A stretch of 64,000 nt of DNA from Promethearchaeati archaeon (lineage in GTDB: Archaea; Asgardarchaeota; Heimdallarchaeia; Heimdallarchaeales; Heimdallarchaeaceae), in assembly GCA_013166775.1 (NCBI GenBank), contig JABLTJ010000002.1, forward strand, positions 1 to 64,000, read 5' to 3'. A program made the translations under genes and the position numbers. The notes beneath the pieces are model-generated. The model was not told the origin of the DNA, searched no databases, and saw nothing but the letters and a program-made list of their open reading frames with translations. Positions 1 through 9,808 of this stretch are shown piece after piece. Each line of letters starts with the position of its first letter. Position 1 is the stretch's first letter.

Positions 1-1
1 T

Positions 2-853
2 GTCTCTGATGGACCTGCAGATCCTACATGGAAACCTACACTAGAATTTGGTGCTAGAGGAATTGTAACTATGAGAATTGAGCTGATATCTGCTGATTCT
101 GATGTTCATTCAGGTAATTTTGGAGGTATTCAACCTAATCCTGTTTGGGATCTTGTGTCTATTCTAAAAACCATGCGAGACGATAAAGGAAAATGCTTGA
201 TTGAAGGTTTCTATGAAGATGTTTTTACTCCAAGTGAAAAAGCAATAGAAGCTGCAAATGATTTAGCTAGAGATCCAGAAGATTACAAAAAACAATTAGG
301 AATTACCTATTTTGGAGGAGAACTAGATAAACCTCTCGAACATAGAAAAATGTTTAGACCCACATTCAATATCAGAGGATTCAAATCAGGTAGTATTCGA
401 GAAAATGCGCGTACAATTATTCCTAGAGAAGCTGTTGTGGAAATAGATGCTAGATTAGTTCCAAATCAAAAACCAGAGAAGATTAAGCAATTAATTCTAA
501 ATCATCTAGAAAGACTAAAACAGAAATCAGAAAGAATGAAAAATATTATTGAAAAATGTATAATCACTTCTGAAACTTCATTTTATCCTCTCTTTACTCC
601 CTTTGAATTTCCGTGGACAGAAATCATTGAAGATTCAATAAAGGAAGGATATGGAGAACAACCATTGAAAATACCTTTAGCTGGCGGTAGTTTACCTCTT
701 CAACCATTATATGAAGTAACACAGAAACCTATTTACATAATTCCCTATGCTCAACCTGATGAGAATAACCATGCCCCCAATGAGAATATGATGGTTGAAT
801 GGTTTGAAAATGGAATCAAAACCTGCATTAATTTATTGGATAAACTTGTGTAA
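2..853 (+). CDS. M20/M25/M40 family metallopeptidase (dipeptidase-like), 5'-truncated by window edge
   Basis: Frame is open from nt 2 (VSDGPADPTWKPTLEFGARGIVTM...). Contains DVHSGNFGG, RTIIPREA, LAGGSLP and NNHAPNEN motifs typical of M20 dipeptidases. Confidence 0.88.
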   Translation, partial: VSDGPADPTWKPTLEFGARGIVTMRIELISADSDVHSGNFGGIQPNPVWDLVSILKTMRDDKGKCLIEGFYEDVFTPSEKAIEAANDLARDPEDYKKQLGITYFGGELDKPLEHRKMFRPTFNIRGFKSGSIRENARTIIPREAVVEIDARLVPNQKPEKIKQLILNHLERLKQKSERMKNIIEKCIITSETSFYPLFTPFEFPWTEIIEDSIKEGYGEQPLKIPLAGGSLPLQPLYEVTQKPIYIIPYAQPDENNHAPNENMMVEWFENGIKTCINLLDKLV

Positions 854-988
854 AATCATCTTGGATTTGAAAGCAGAAACATATTTATCAGTAAAGGTTC
901 ATTTACTATACCTAAGCGTAATCCTAGTAAGAGAGTTCTTTTTATTTTTAGTTTTCTTTACCTAGGTGTTTGTTCATATATCTTTTAT

Positions 989-1474
989 TTGTTGTTAAGG
1001 TTCTTAGATCCATCAACCACAGAGCCAAGAAACGTATTTTTAGGTTTATTTCTTTATCCTGTGTGTGCAATTTTTGCTTTTTTTTTTATTCTTTTATCGT
1101 ATATGACAGGCTGGAGGTTAACAGTTTACGGATTGATACGACAACCAGAAGCAAAAGATGGTCCAATTGAAGATTCATTGGAAAAATCATCAATTTTGAG
1201 AAAGCAGAGTATTGATACAATAATTTGCTATAGTTGTAGAGATGTCTTCATAGAAAAAGAAAATGTATGCGATAAATGTGGTGCACCAAAACCAAATTGC
1301 ATCGTGTGTGGATTAGATTTATCACCTGAAACTGATCCTTCTGAAAAGGTAATAATTCTTCCCTGTTGTTCGGTTTATGTACATACTGAACACATCCTTG
1401 AATGGCTAGAAATCAAAGAACTATGCCCGAACTGTAAACAAAAGATTACAAAAGAAGATCTTTTGTCTATCTAA
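989..1474 (+). CDS. Membrane-anchored zinc-finger + RING-variant protein (putative E3 ligase); true start probably further upstream (~908)
   Basis: TM helix, then CYSC...CDKC zinc ribbon, then CIVC...CC...HTEH..W...CPNC RING-like motif. The frame is open upstream and encodes a further hydrophobic helix. Confidence 0.8.
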   Translation: MLLRFLDPSTTEPRNVFLGLFLYPVCAIFAFFFILLSYMTGWRLTVYGLIRQPEAKDGPIEDSLEKSSILRKQSIDTIICYSCRDVFIEKENVCDKCGAPKPNCIVCGLDLSPETDPSEKVIILPCCSVYVHTEHILEWLEIKELCPNCKQKITKEDLLSI

Positions 1475-1565
1475 TAATCTCACCAGTTTTGTTTCAAATT
1501 TATAAAACAAGAATTGTCAAGTAAGGCTTTATCTTTAAATATTGAAAAAACCTCTTGTTTTTGAT

Positions 1566-2570
1566 ATGTCAATTAAGATAAGTAAATGTGGAAACATTTG
1601 TGCTATATGTCCATTGTACAAAGAGAATTTACTTACATTAGAAGACAGAAAATACACTGCTGAAGGTTGTGGTAAATATATCAACTGGAATCCTACTCCT
1701 GATAAATTGAAACAATGCTGGGGTTGTCAATCAGAGGAAGGTTTTATCTATATTCCAAAATGTCCTATGAGACAATGTGCTATGTATAATTCGGTAGAAA
1801 ATTGCGCTTATTGTTCTGAATTTCCTTGTGAAGATTCTCCGAAACTGAGCAGAGAGATGGTTGAAAATAGACTTGAAGAGAAAATACCAGAAGAGGATTA
1901 CAAATCATTCGTCAGACCCTGGGAAAGTACTATTCATTTAATTAAAATCAGAGAAAAATTATCAGATGACCAGATTGTTCAGAAAAAACCTTATTCAATT
2001 GATCTTAATATAGTAGATTTTCCAAAAGAAACAAGTCTAACGAAAGATAAGAAAGAGGCGTATAAAGCAATTCATAATTTAATAGAAACAATAGAACCTT
2101 TGAAGGATTTAACATATGCAAGAGCTCATCTTATGAAGGAGTACAGAAAATATTTCATAAAACTTCTCTGGGTATTTGGATTATTTGGAGATCTAAAGAA
2201 AGACGAAGGAGGCGCTAGTTTAGTTCTAGGTCACAAAGAATATTTCCAAGAGATGAAAAAAGGAGCTAGATATTATAGTAATTGGACACATCTAAAAGGG
2301 AAGATGTTTCCCATTCTTGAAAAGAAAGGTGTAAAAGTTGAACTTATTCCTGAAACTAAAATTGAAAAGGTCTTAACTCCCACAAAGAGTTTGAAAAAGA
2401 GTGGTGGATGGACTCTTAGAATGTCTTTTGGTAAAGAGATGAGAGAAATTGAAGGTCTAAAATCCTTACAAAGATATGTTTCACTTCTAAATGAAAATAA
2501 GGGTAAAGCTGCTTACAAATCTTTCAATAAGGCAGATATGCGAATATTAACTGAAAAAAAATCTTGGTGA
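1566..2570 (+). CDS. DUF3795-like Cys-rich (Fe-S/Zn) domain protein with C-terminal extension
   Basis: CGNICAICP...CWGC...CPMRQCA...NCAYCSEFPC pattern. ATG at 1566 preferred over TTG at 1542. Confidence 0.7.
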   Translation: MSIKISKCGNICAICPLYKENLLTLEDRKYTAEGCGKYINWNPTPDKLKQCWGCQSEEGFIYIPKCPMRQCAMYNSVENCAYCSEFPCEDSPKLSREMVENRLEEKIPEEDYKSFVRPWESTIHLIKIREKLSDDQIVQKKPYSIDLNIVDFPKETSLTKDKKEAYKAIHNLIETIEPLKDLTYARAHLMKEYRKYFIKLLWVFGLFGDLKKDEGGASLVLGHKEYFQEMKKGARYYSNWTHLKGKMFPILEKKGVKVELIPETKIEKVLTPTKSLKKSGGWTLRMSFGKEMREIEGLKSLQRYVSLLNENKGKAAYKSFNKADMRILTEKKSW

Positions 2571-2575
2571 AGTGA

Positions 2576-3088
2576 ATGAATAAAAATGAAGCAGATGTTA
2601 AGATTGTAAAAGCTTCATTGGATGATACAGAAGAACTAACAAAAATAAGCAAGCTTTCATTTGATGATGATACTCGAAAACACAATTTAGGAGAAACAGG
2701 AGGTCCACCTGGATATGATTCAGTAGCAGCTCAAAGGAGATGGATTAAACTCACCTTTTATTATAAATTCATAGTTAACAATAAAATCATTGGTGGTATG
2801 TTTGTAGAGTCTGGTAAGAGATTCTATCAACGAAGTTCTAAAAATCATTTTTACTTTACACGAATTTTCATTCATCCTGATTACCAAAATCTAGGAATTG
2901 GAACAAAAGCTATGTTCTTCATTGAGAAAGAGTTTCCCTATGCTACAAAATGGACATTAGATACACCAAGATGGTCAAAAAGAAATCATTATTTCTATGA
3001 GAAACTAGGTTATGTTAAAGTTGGAGAAAAAAAGGAATTTGAAGATTTTATCCTTTATCTATATGAGAAAAATATTAAAAACAATTGA
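2576..3088 (+). CDS. GNAT family N-acetyltransferase
   Basis: IFIHPDYQNLGIG acetyl-CoA motif; RNHYFYEKLGY. Confidence 0.9.
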   Translation: MNKNEADVKIVKASLDDTEELTKISKLSFDDDTRKHNLGETGGPPGYDSVAAQRRWIKLTFYYKFIVNNKIIGGMFVESGKRFYQRSSKNHFYFTRIFIHPDYQNLGIGTKAMFFIEKEFPYATKWTLDTPRWSKRNHYFYEKLGYVKVGEKKEFEDFILYLYEKNIKNN

Positions 3089-3093
3089 TTTTA

Positions 3094-3918
3094 TTAAAGT
3101 TTCTGACAGTTAATACAAACATAATTATTTGATCCAGCAACACTTATTTTCACGATTAGAGTATCACAGTTTGAACAAGGTGAATTTTTGTTCTTTGGAC
3201 CAATTAGTCTCTCATATTTTCCATGAACTCCATAGAGATCCTTCCGTTCAGATCTTCCATTAAGTCGAATTGATTCACCTATGACCCATCTAATTGAATC
3301 AAATAGATTTTTTCTCTCTTGACTTGTTAAGCTAAATGCTTTGCGTTTTGGATGAATTTTAGCTCTATAGAAAGCATCATTTAGATAGTAATTCGCTACT
3401 CCAGATAAATTACCGTCATCCAACAATGCAGCCTTGATTATCTTCTTATGACCATCCAATAATGCATTAAAATCATCAAAAGTATATTCATGATCAATTG
3501 GAGATTTTCCAATTTTTCCTGGATACTTCATAGTTTCCAGTTCATTCTCCTTGGCTAGCTTCATCAAAAGAAATCCTGAACATTTCAAAGTGAAGAAAGA
3601 TCCGTCTGAAAAATCTAACTGCAAGTGGTATTTCTTTGGAAGAGTAGTCTGATTTTCATGATATAGAATATTAGCTCCCATCTCTGGAGCAATAGCTAAA
3701 ATCAGATTAGAATCTAGTTTAACAAAAATCCATTTTGCTTTTGCATAAGATGAAACAATTTTTGTGTTAATAATCCTATCAATGAATTCATCTGGAGTTA
3801 CGTTCATGAACATTATATTGGGATTGAAATTATCAAAATTAGCACTTGTTATTTTCTTTCCAGCAAGTTCTCTATCTATTTGCTTTGCTATTAGCAATGC
3901 TTCTGGTAATTCAACCAA
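3094..3918 (-). CDS. Fpg/Nei (MutM-like) DNA glycosylase/AP lyase
   Basis: N-terminal (M)VELPE, H2TH region (LLDDGNLSGVANYYLNDAFYRAKIHP), C-terminal zinc finger CSNC...CINCQ. GGTG RBS upstream of TTG start. Confidence 0.88.
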   Translation of the reverse strand: MVELPEALLIAKQIDRELAGKKITSANFDNFNPNIMFMNVTPDEFIDRIINTKIVSSYAKAKWIFVKLDSNLILAIAPEMGANILYHENQTTLPKKYHLQLDFSDGSFFTLKCSGFLLMKLAKENELETMKYPGKIGKSPIDHEYTFDDFNALLDGHKKIIKAALLDDGNLSGVANYYLNDAFYRAKIHPKRKAFSLTSQERKNLFDSIRWVIGESIRLNGRSERKDLYGVHGKYERLIGPKNKNSPCSNCDTLIVKISVAGSNNYVCINCQKL

Positions 3919-3986
3919 TTATTACACCTTAAAAAACATAATTAAGGTTTTAATATAAAAATAAGAGCTACTCCTTAATGTTTTTT

Positions 3987-4772
3987 TTAATTTTCTACTA
4001 TTTTATGAATAATGCTAGATATTTCTATTCCACTATCAAGCTCAATAAATGATTTACTTAATTTAACACCTACTGATTCTAAGTAGTATTTCATTTTGTC
4101 ATCTAATTCTGATAAATCAGCTTTAGCTAGTTTTTCGAGAGTGTTGTAACCAATTGCGAAGTAATGTTTGACTGTTTTTCCTCTAATATATGGCATTCTA
4201 GTAAAATCAGCTTTATTTACTATATCAGAAATGAAAGCTTTGGGAATTCCCGTTTCCTTCTCCAAATTACTTCTCATATTTTCAGTGTAACCTTGATCTA
4301 GAATGTCAAGAGTAAATCTTATTCCGTTTTTTCTCAAAATTGCTATGTATTCTAAATGTTTCTTATCTTCCTTTTCTACAAGTTCTCTTAGATAGCTTTT
4401 TGTAGGATAGTACCAATTGAAAAGATATTTCAGAACCCTGATTATCTCTTCTAAAGAAAATTCGTTTTCTTTGACAAACAACTCGAATTTTTCTTTTGTA
4501 TCAACAGCAGAAACAAACTCGGATATACTTTTTATCTTCATAGTTTCTAGTTTTTTGTAAGTAATGTTTAGATTTTCTAAGTAGTTTTGATATCTCTGTT
4601 TTGGGTCACAACCTAGTAGCTTAGTTGTATAATTCTGCATCTCTAACATGTTCAAATTGTAATGATCTTTGACGAAATTATATTGTATAACAGCAAGAAT
4701 GTTTTCTATTAACGTTTCAAAATTTTTAGTTGGTTTTACTAATTTCTCTACTTCTTCCCATTTAATATCCAT
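3987..4772 (-). CDS. DUF4332-like helix-hairpin-helix domain protein
   Basis: C-terminal ADFTRMPYIRGKTVKHYFAIGYNTLEKLAKAD matches the DUF4332 HhH pattern. Confidence 0.6.
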   Translation of the reverse strand: MDIKWEEVEKLVKPTKNFETLIENILAVIQYNFVKDHYNLNMLEMQNYTTKLLGCDPKQRYQNYLENLNITYKKLETMKIKSISEFVSAVDTKEKFELFVKENEFSLEEIIRVLKYLFNWYYPTKSYLRELVEKEDKKHLEYIAILRKNGIRFTLDILDQGYTENMRSNLEKETGIPKAFISDIVNKADFTRMPYIRGKTVKHYFAIGYNTLEKLAKADLSELDDKMKYYLESVGVKLSKSFIELDSGIEISSIIHKIVEN

Positions 4773-4876
4773 AAGAAAAAAATAGTAAAGCTCTATTTAA
4801 TATTGTTGTTTTTTTTCGATTTTTATTCTAGAGAGCACTTTTTTATAATGAAAAATTCCTCATTAAACATAGGATT

Positions 4877-7800
4877 GTGTTGTTGGTGACCATCAAAATT
4901 ACTGGTGCTAAAGAGAACAATCTCAAAAGCGTAGATGTAGAGATTAAAGAAGGTTTAACTGTAGTAACAGGTATCTCGGGATCTGGTAAAAGTTCTCTTG
5001 TATATGATACCCTCTATCATGAAGCTAGAAGACGTTATATCGACACTTTTACACCAAGATCCTTTGGTAGATTACCTAAAGCTGATGTAGATAGTATAAC
5101 AAATCTCAATCCTGCGATTGCTGTAGATCAAAACGTTCTGAATCGTAATCCTCTTTCCACTCTTGCTACAGCTTCAGGTTTACATCCTTTTCTAAGAATA
5201 TTGTATGCAACACATGGTGAAAGGTATTGTCCTCAATGCCAAGAAAATTTGATTGTTTATTCTGAAGATGCAATCATTGATTTAATTAAGAACAAACTAA
5301 AAGAGAATATAATAGAGATTTATACTCCGATTACAAGATTCTCAATTGGTAGTCATGCAACTCTTCTGAACATGATAGCTGAAAGATTTGCAGCAGAATC
5401 TATAATTGTAAATGGAAAGAAATGGAATGGAGAAAAACTCAAACCTAATGAGAAACATTCGATTGAGATAAAGGCAGGTGAATTGACAAAGAATGCTAAA
5501 TCACAGCAAATTAGGAATGTTATTCAAGATGTATTTGAGTTAGGAGGGAATCTTATTGTTTTGAAAGATAAAAACAAAAGAGAAATACTTACTACTCGAC
5601 CAATTTGTACAAATTGTGATTACTGGTTTGGTGATTTGGAAACAAAATATTTCCATATGAAATGCGAGTATTGTGATGGAAAAGGTTGCAATGAATGTAA
5701 CAGTACAGGATTGTATCCAGAAGCATCGGCAGTGAGATGGGAAGGATTGAATCTTCCTGAATTACTCACATTATCAGTCGATGAAGCTTATTTGAAGTTC
5801 AAACAAGCATTCTTCCCAAGAACGACAAAGAGATTGGAGGAAGAAATTAATAAGCGATTAAATGCTCTTAGAAAGGTAGGTTTAGGTTATTTACAGTTAA
5901 ATAGAACTTCACCATCATTAAGTAGAGGAGAGAGTCAAAGAGTTAGATTGGGAATTATATTAACAAGTAGATTAGAAGATATGTTGTATATCTTAGATGA
6001 ACCAACGATAGGCCAACATCCACATGATGTTGTCAAATTCCTTCCTGCCTTTAGAGATTTAGCAGGTCCTGTTGTATTTGTTGAGCATGACAGAGTTGCC
6101 GCAGCAGTTGCAGACAATGCAATTGATATTGGTCCTGGTGCAGGAAAAGATGGAGGAAAGATAATCTTCAGTGGTTCAACTTCAGATTTGTGGAAAGAAG
6201 AGAGTGCCACCGGAAGATTCTTCAGTTTTAGAGAATTAGTTTTAATACCGGATTTACGTGAAAAACCTGAAAACTTCTTTGTAATAAATAACGCATTTTT
6301 ACATAATCTCAAAAATATAGATGTAAAAATCCCACTTGAAAGAATAACAGTTGTTACAGGAGTTTCAGGTTCAGGTAAAAGTACACTTGTCAAGCATATA
6401 CTGTATGAATCTCTGCGAAGAGAAGAAACTGTTGGTTGCAAAGAAATTGATGATTTAAAAATCAAGCCTATTTTAGTAGATCAAAGTCCCATTGGCAGGA
6501 ATCCTAGGTCAAATCCTGCTACCTACACTAAACTATCAGATATTATAAGAGATTTATTTGCAGAAGCTTCTGAATTTACCATCTCGCATTTCTCTTTTAA
6601 CAGGCCAGAAGGAAGGTGTGAAAAATGTGAGGGGATAGGAGCAGAAGAGGTCAAATTACCATATATTGCACCAATCTGGCTACCTTGCGAACAATGTCAT
6701 GGAAAGCGTTTCAAAGAAGAGGTATTAGAGGTTAAGGTTGATTTCAATGGTAGAAGTTTAAGTATAGGAGACGTTTATGAATTAAGTATAGAAGAAGCAA
6801 CTCCTTTGCTTTTAGAAAGTATATATCTATCAGATAGCAATCGCAATAAAGCTAAGACCATCCTACATGCTCTAATCGACATCGGTTTAGGTTATCTTCA
6901 TCTGGGACAAGCTTCACCAACCCTTTCCGGAGGAGAAGCACAGAGAGTAAAGTTAGCAAAATATCTAGGAAGGAAAGATCTATCAAAGAATCTCATTTTG
7001 CTTGATGAACCATCAACTGGTTTACATCCCAGTGACATTTCAGGATTATTAATTGTTTTAGATCGATTAGCCAGAGCAGGTGCAACTATTGTTATTGTTG
7101 AACACAACACAGATATCATAAGAGCTGCGGATTGGATCATTGATCTTGGTCCAGGAGCAGGTCCAAAAGGTGGAGAACTCATTTTTTCCGGTTCTGTTGA
7201 AGAATTGGTTAAGAACAAGAAATCACTAACAGCCGAAGCTCTGCGAGAAGAACAACATATTATCCCAGAGAAGCTAAAACAACCAGTAAAATCCTATAAA
7301 TCTGATACAATTTCTATAAAGGGTGCAAGAGCCAACAATCTGAAGAATGTTAGTCTAGATATTCCAAAAGGACAATTAACTGTTGTTACTGGTCTCTCAG
7401 GTTCTGGAAAATCAAGCTTGGTCACAGATGTTCTTGAAAGAGAAGCTCGTAGAAGATTTCTTGAGAGTTTATCTATTTATGAAAGACAAAGTACAAAGGA
7501 AGGTCCAGAAGCCCCAGTAGATTCTGTCACAGGGCTTGGAGTTACTGCAAACACTCGTGTAGGAGGAACATATTATTCTTGGAGAATTGATCCTAGGTAT
7601 AATGTAGGAAATGCGAGTGGCATCATCAAGTATCTACTAAACTTAGTCTCTTTCTTAGGAGAAAAACAATGTAATATCTGCGGGGAGCAAATGATTAGAG
7701 AAGAGTGTCGTTTATATTGTAAGAAATGCAATGAAGAGTTCATAATTACACCAGCTCACCTCTCTCCACTCAGTCTTCAATCTCATTGCACAAAATGCAA

Positions 7801-9808
7801 GGGAATTGGTAGCTATGGGTTACCCAATGTTGACAAATTGATAATACATCCAGAGAAACCTCTTTGCGGTGGAGCTATGTATTCTCCAGGTTTTTGGCCT
7901 TTTGGCTATTATTGTAAACAATACAATCACCCTTACTACATTCTACGAGCTATGGCAGAGAAGTATGGTTATGATCCTGAAAGAACTCCATGGAACGAAA
8001 TGTCTAAAGAAGCTCAAAATGCTTTTCTCTTTGGAACAGAAGAGATATTTGAATTTGAATATGAAACAAGATCTGTAAGTAGAACAAAAAGGAAGAGCAG
8101 ATGGTGGGGACCTTTTAATGAGTGGGGAGCATCATATTTCCAATTTGGTGATTTGTATGAAACATATACGGATCGTCATATCTGTGATCAATGCGATGGG
8201 CAAAAATTAAGAGAGGAATATCTTACTATAACTATTAAAGGGAAGAACATTCATGAACTCAAACAACTTACCTTTAGAGAGCTATTGGACGTCCTGAGCA
8301 AATTATCCAAAGAGGAATTTCAGAACCAAAACCATTTACTACAATACTGGGAAAGAATAAAATTACGTTTAAAATACCTCATCAAAGTTGGATTAGGATA
8401 TCTTAATGCAGACAGATTAAACTATACTCTGTCAGCGGGTGAATCAGAACGTCTAAGACTAGTAACAGCCCTAGGAAGCGATTTAACATCACTCACAGTT
8501 TTGCTAGATGAACCAAGCAGAGGTCTTCATCCTTCTGAAATCAAAGAGATGGTTGATGTTCTACAAGAGATTCGAAATAACGGAAATTCTGTGATTGTTG
8601 TTGAACATGATCCTGAAATTATTCAAGCAGCTGATTATATTGTTGATATGGGTCCGGGACCTGGTATAAAGGGAGGGAAAATAGTAGCTCAAGGTAAAAT
8701 TGAGGAAATTCTGTTAACTGATACTTTAACTGCAAAGTGGTTGAAAGGCGATAAGAAAACAAAACCATTTTACGAAAAGGAAGGGCAAAAAGAATTAATT
8801 CCAGGAAGAAGAAAACCTAATGACTGGATTATTATAAATGGAGCAAGTGAAAACAATCTGAAAGGAGAGAATTTTGAGATTCCTTTAGGTGTTTTATCTG
8901 GTGTCTGTGGTGTTTCTGGTTCCGGAAAGAGTTCACTTGTTTTTGACACACTTGGTATAGCTATTACACCTGAAAAACACACAACGTCTCTTGGGAGTAG
9001 AAAAAGAGATCCAGGAAAACATGAATCTATTAAGAACGCTCCTGAACAAGCTTTGTTGATAGATCAAACAAGAAGGAAAGTTTACAGCCCACTCAGGTTT
9101 TTCGGTTTAATTAATCCATTAACAAAATTATATTCAGAGAGTGAGAAAGCAGAAGCTTTGGAGATGACTGCAGATGATTTCAAGAAAGGTTGTACAGAAT
9201 GTCATGGAAGAGGAACATTTAGAATAGAAATGGGATTTCTCCCCTCAGTTATTTCAACATGTGATATTTGTAAAGGTACTGGTTACTCTCCAGAAACATG
9301 GAAAATCAAACTACATGGTTATTCCTTACCTGAATTGTCTTCTTTATCAATAGAAGAGGTTTATGAACTGTTCAAGGAAGATGATGCAACAATCGCTAGA
9401 TATCTTAAAACAGCAATTGATGTAGGACTTGGTTATTTAGGTTTAAACCAGCCAACTTATACAATGTCAGGAGGAGAAGCTCAAAGATTAAAAATTGCTA
9501 AGGAATTATGCAAGAAAGCTAAAAAAGGTGCATTATACATATTAGATGAACCTACTGTAGGTCTTCATCTGGAAGATGTTGAAGGATTAATCAAAGTACT
9601 TCAACGCTTGGTAGACAACGGTAATACTGTTTTGGTTGTTGAACATCATCCACATGTTTTAGCTGCTTGTGATTATCTTATAGAGCTTGGTCCAGTAGGA
9701 GGACCAGAAGGAGGGTATCTTATTGCTAAAGGTAGTCCAGAAGAACTAAGTGAGCAGAACACTCCCACTTCTCAATACATTAAGAAAACTCTGGAGGGAA
9801 AACTATGA
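4877..9808 (+). CDS. uvrA: Double-length (tandem-fused) UvrA-family ABC ATPase
   Basis: Four Walker A motifs (GISGSGKS, GVSGSGKS, GLSGSGKS, GVSGSGKS), four signature/Walker B sets (LSRGESQR, LSGGEAQR, LSAGESER, MSGGEAQR; LDEP), GA.xNNLK motifs and multiple CxxC fingers. Confidence 0.9.
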   Translation: MLLVTIKITGAKENNLKSVDVEIKEGLTVVTGISGSGKSSLVYDTLYHEARRRYIDTFTPRSFGRLPKADVDSITNLNPAIAVDQNVLNRNPLSTLATASGLHPFLRILYATHGERYCPQCQENLIVYSEDAIIDLIKNKLKENIIEIYTPITRFSIGSHATLLNMIAERFAAESIIVNGKKWNGEKLKPNEKHSIEIKAGELTKNAKSQQIRNVIQDVFELGGNLIVLKDKNKREILTTRPICTNCDYWFGDLETKYFHMKCEYCDGKGCNECNSTGLYPEASAVRWEGLNLPELLTLSVDEAYLKFKQAFFPRTTKRLEEEINKRLNALRKVGLGYLQLNRTSPSLSRGESQRVRLGIILTSRLEDMLYILDEPTIGQHPHDVVKFLPAFRDLAGPVVFVEHDRVAAAVADNAIDIGPGAGKDGGKIIFSGSTSDLWKEESATGRFFSFRELVLIPDLREKPENFFVINNAFLHNLKNIDVKIPLERITVVTGVSGSGKSTLVKHILYESLRREETVGCKEIDDLKIKPILVDQSPIGRNPRSNPATYTKLSDIIRDLFAEASEFTISHFSFNRPEGRCEKCEGIGAEEVKLPYIAPIWLPCEQCHGKRFKEEVLEVKVDFNGRSLSIGDVYELSIEEATPLLLESIYLSDSNRNKAKTILHALIDIGLGYLHLGQASPTLSGGEAQRVKLAKYLGRKDLSKNLILLDEPSTGLHPSDISGLLIVLDRLARAGATIVIVEHNTDIIRAADWIIDLGPGAGPKGGELIFSGSVEELVKNKKSLTAEALREEQHIIPEKLKQPVKSYKSDTISIKGARANNLKNVSLDIPKGQLTVVTGLSGSGKSSLVTDVLEREARRRFLESLSIYERQSTKEGPEAPVDSVTGLGVTANTRVGGTYYSWRIDPRYNVGNASGIIKYLLNLVSFLGEKQCNICGEQMIREECRLYCKKCNEEFIITPAHLSPLSLQSHCTKCKGIGSYGLPNVDKLIIHPEKPLCGGAMYSPGFWPFGYYCKQYNHPYYILRAMAEKYGYDPERTPWNEMSKEAQNAFLFGTEEIFEFEYETRSVSRTKRKSRWWGPFNEWGASYFQFGDLYETYTDRHICDQCDGQKLREEYLTITIKGKNIHELKQLTFRELLDVLSKLSKEEFQNQNHLLQYWERIKLRLKYLIKVGLGYLNADRLNYTLSAGESERLRLVTALGSDLTSLTVLLDEPSRGLHPSEIKEMVDVLQEIRNNGNSVIVVEHDPEIIQAADYIVDMGPGPGIKGGKIVAQGKIEEILLTDTLTAKWLKGDKKTKPFYEKEGQKELIPGRRKPNDWIIINGASENNLKGENFEIPLGVLSGVCGVSGSGKSSLVFDTLGIAITPEKHTTSLGSRKRDPGKHESIKNAPEQALLIDQTRRKVYSPLRFFGLINPLTKLYSESEKAEALEMTADDFKKGCTECHGRGTFRIEMGFLPSVISTCDICKGTGYSPETWKIKLHGYSLPELSSLSIEEVYELFKEDDATIARYLKTAIDVGLGYLGLNQPTYTMSGGEAQRLKIAKELCKKAKKGALYILDEPTVGLHLEDVEGLIKVLQRLVDNGNTVLVVEHHPHVLAACDYLIELGPVGGPEGGYLIAKGSPEELSEQNTPTSQYIKKTLEGKL

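Noticed and set aside
851-990. Stop read-through fusing the M20 peptidase to the in-frame RING gene
   Set aside because: The M20 domain is complete at a TAA stop and a TATA-like element follows; the shared frame is probably coincidental.
5935-8982. Antisense and alternative-frame ORFs inside uvrA (also 19062-19460, 19686-20054, 36589-36873 and other short overlapping ORFs in the track)
   Set aside because: They are shadows of well-supported genes and carry no independent motifs.
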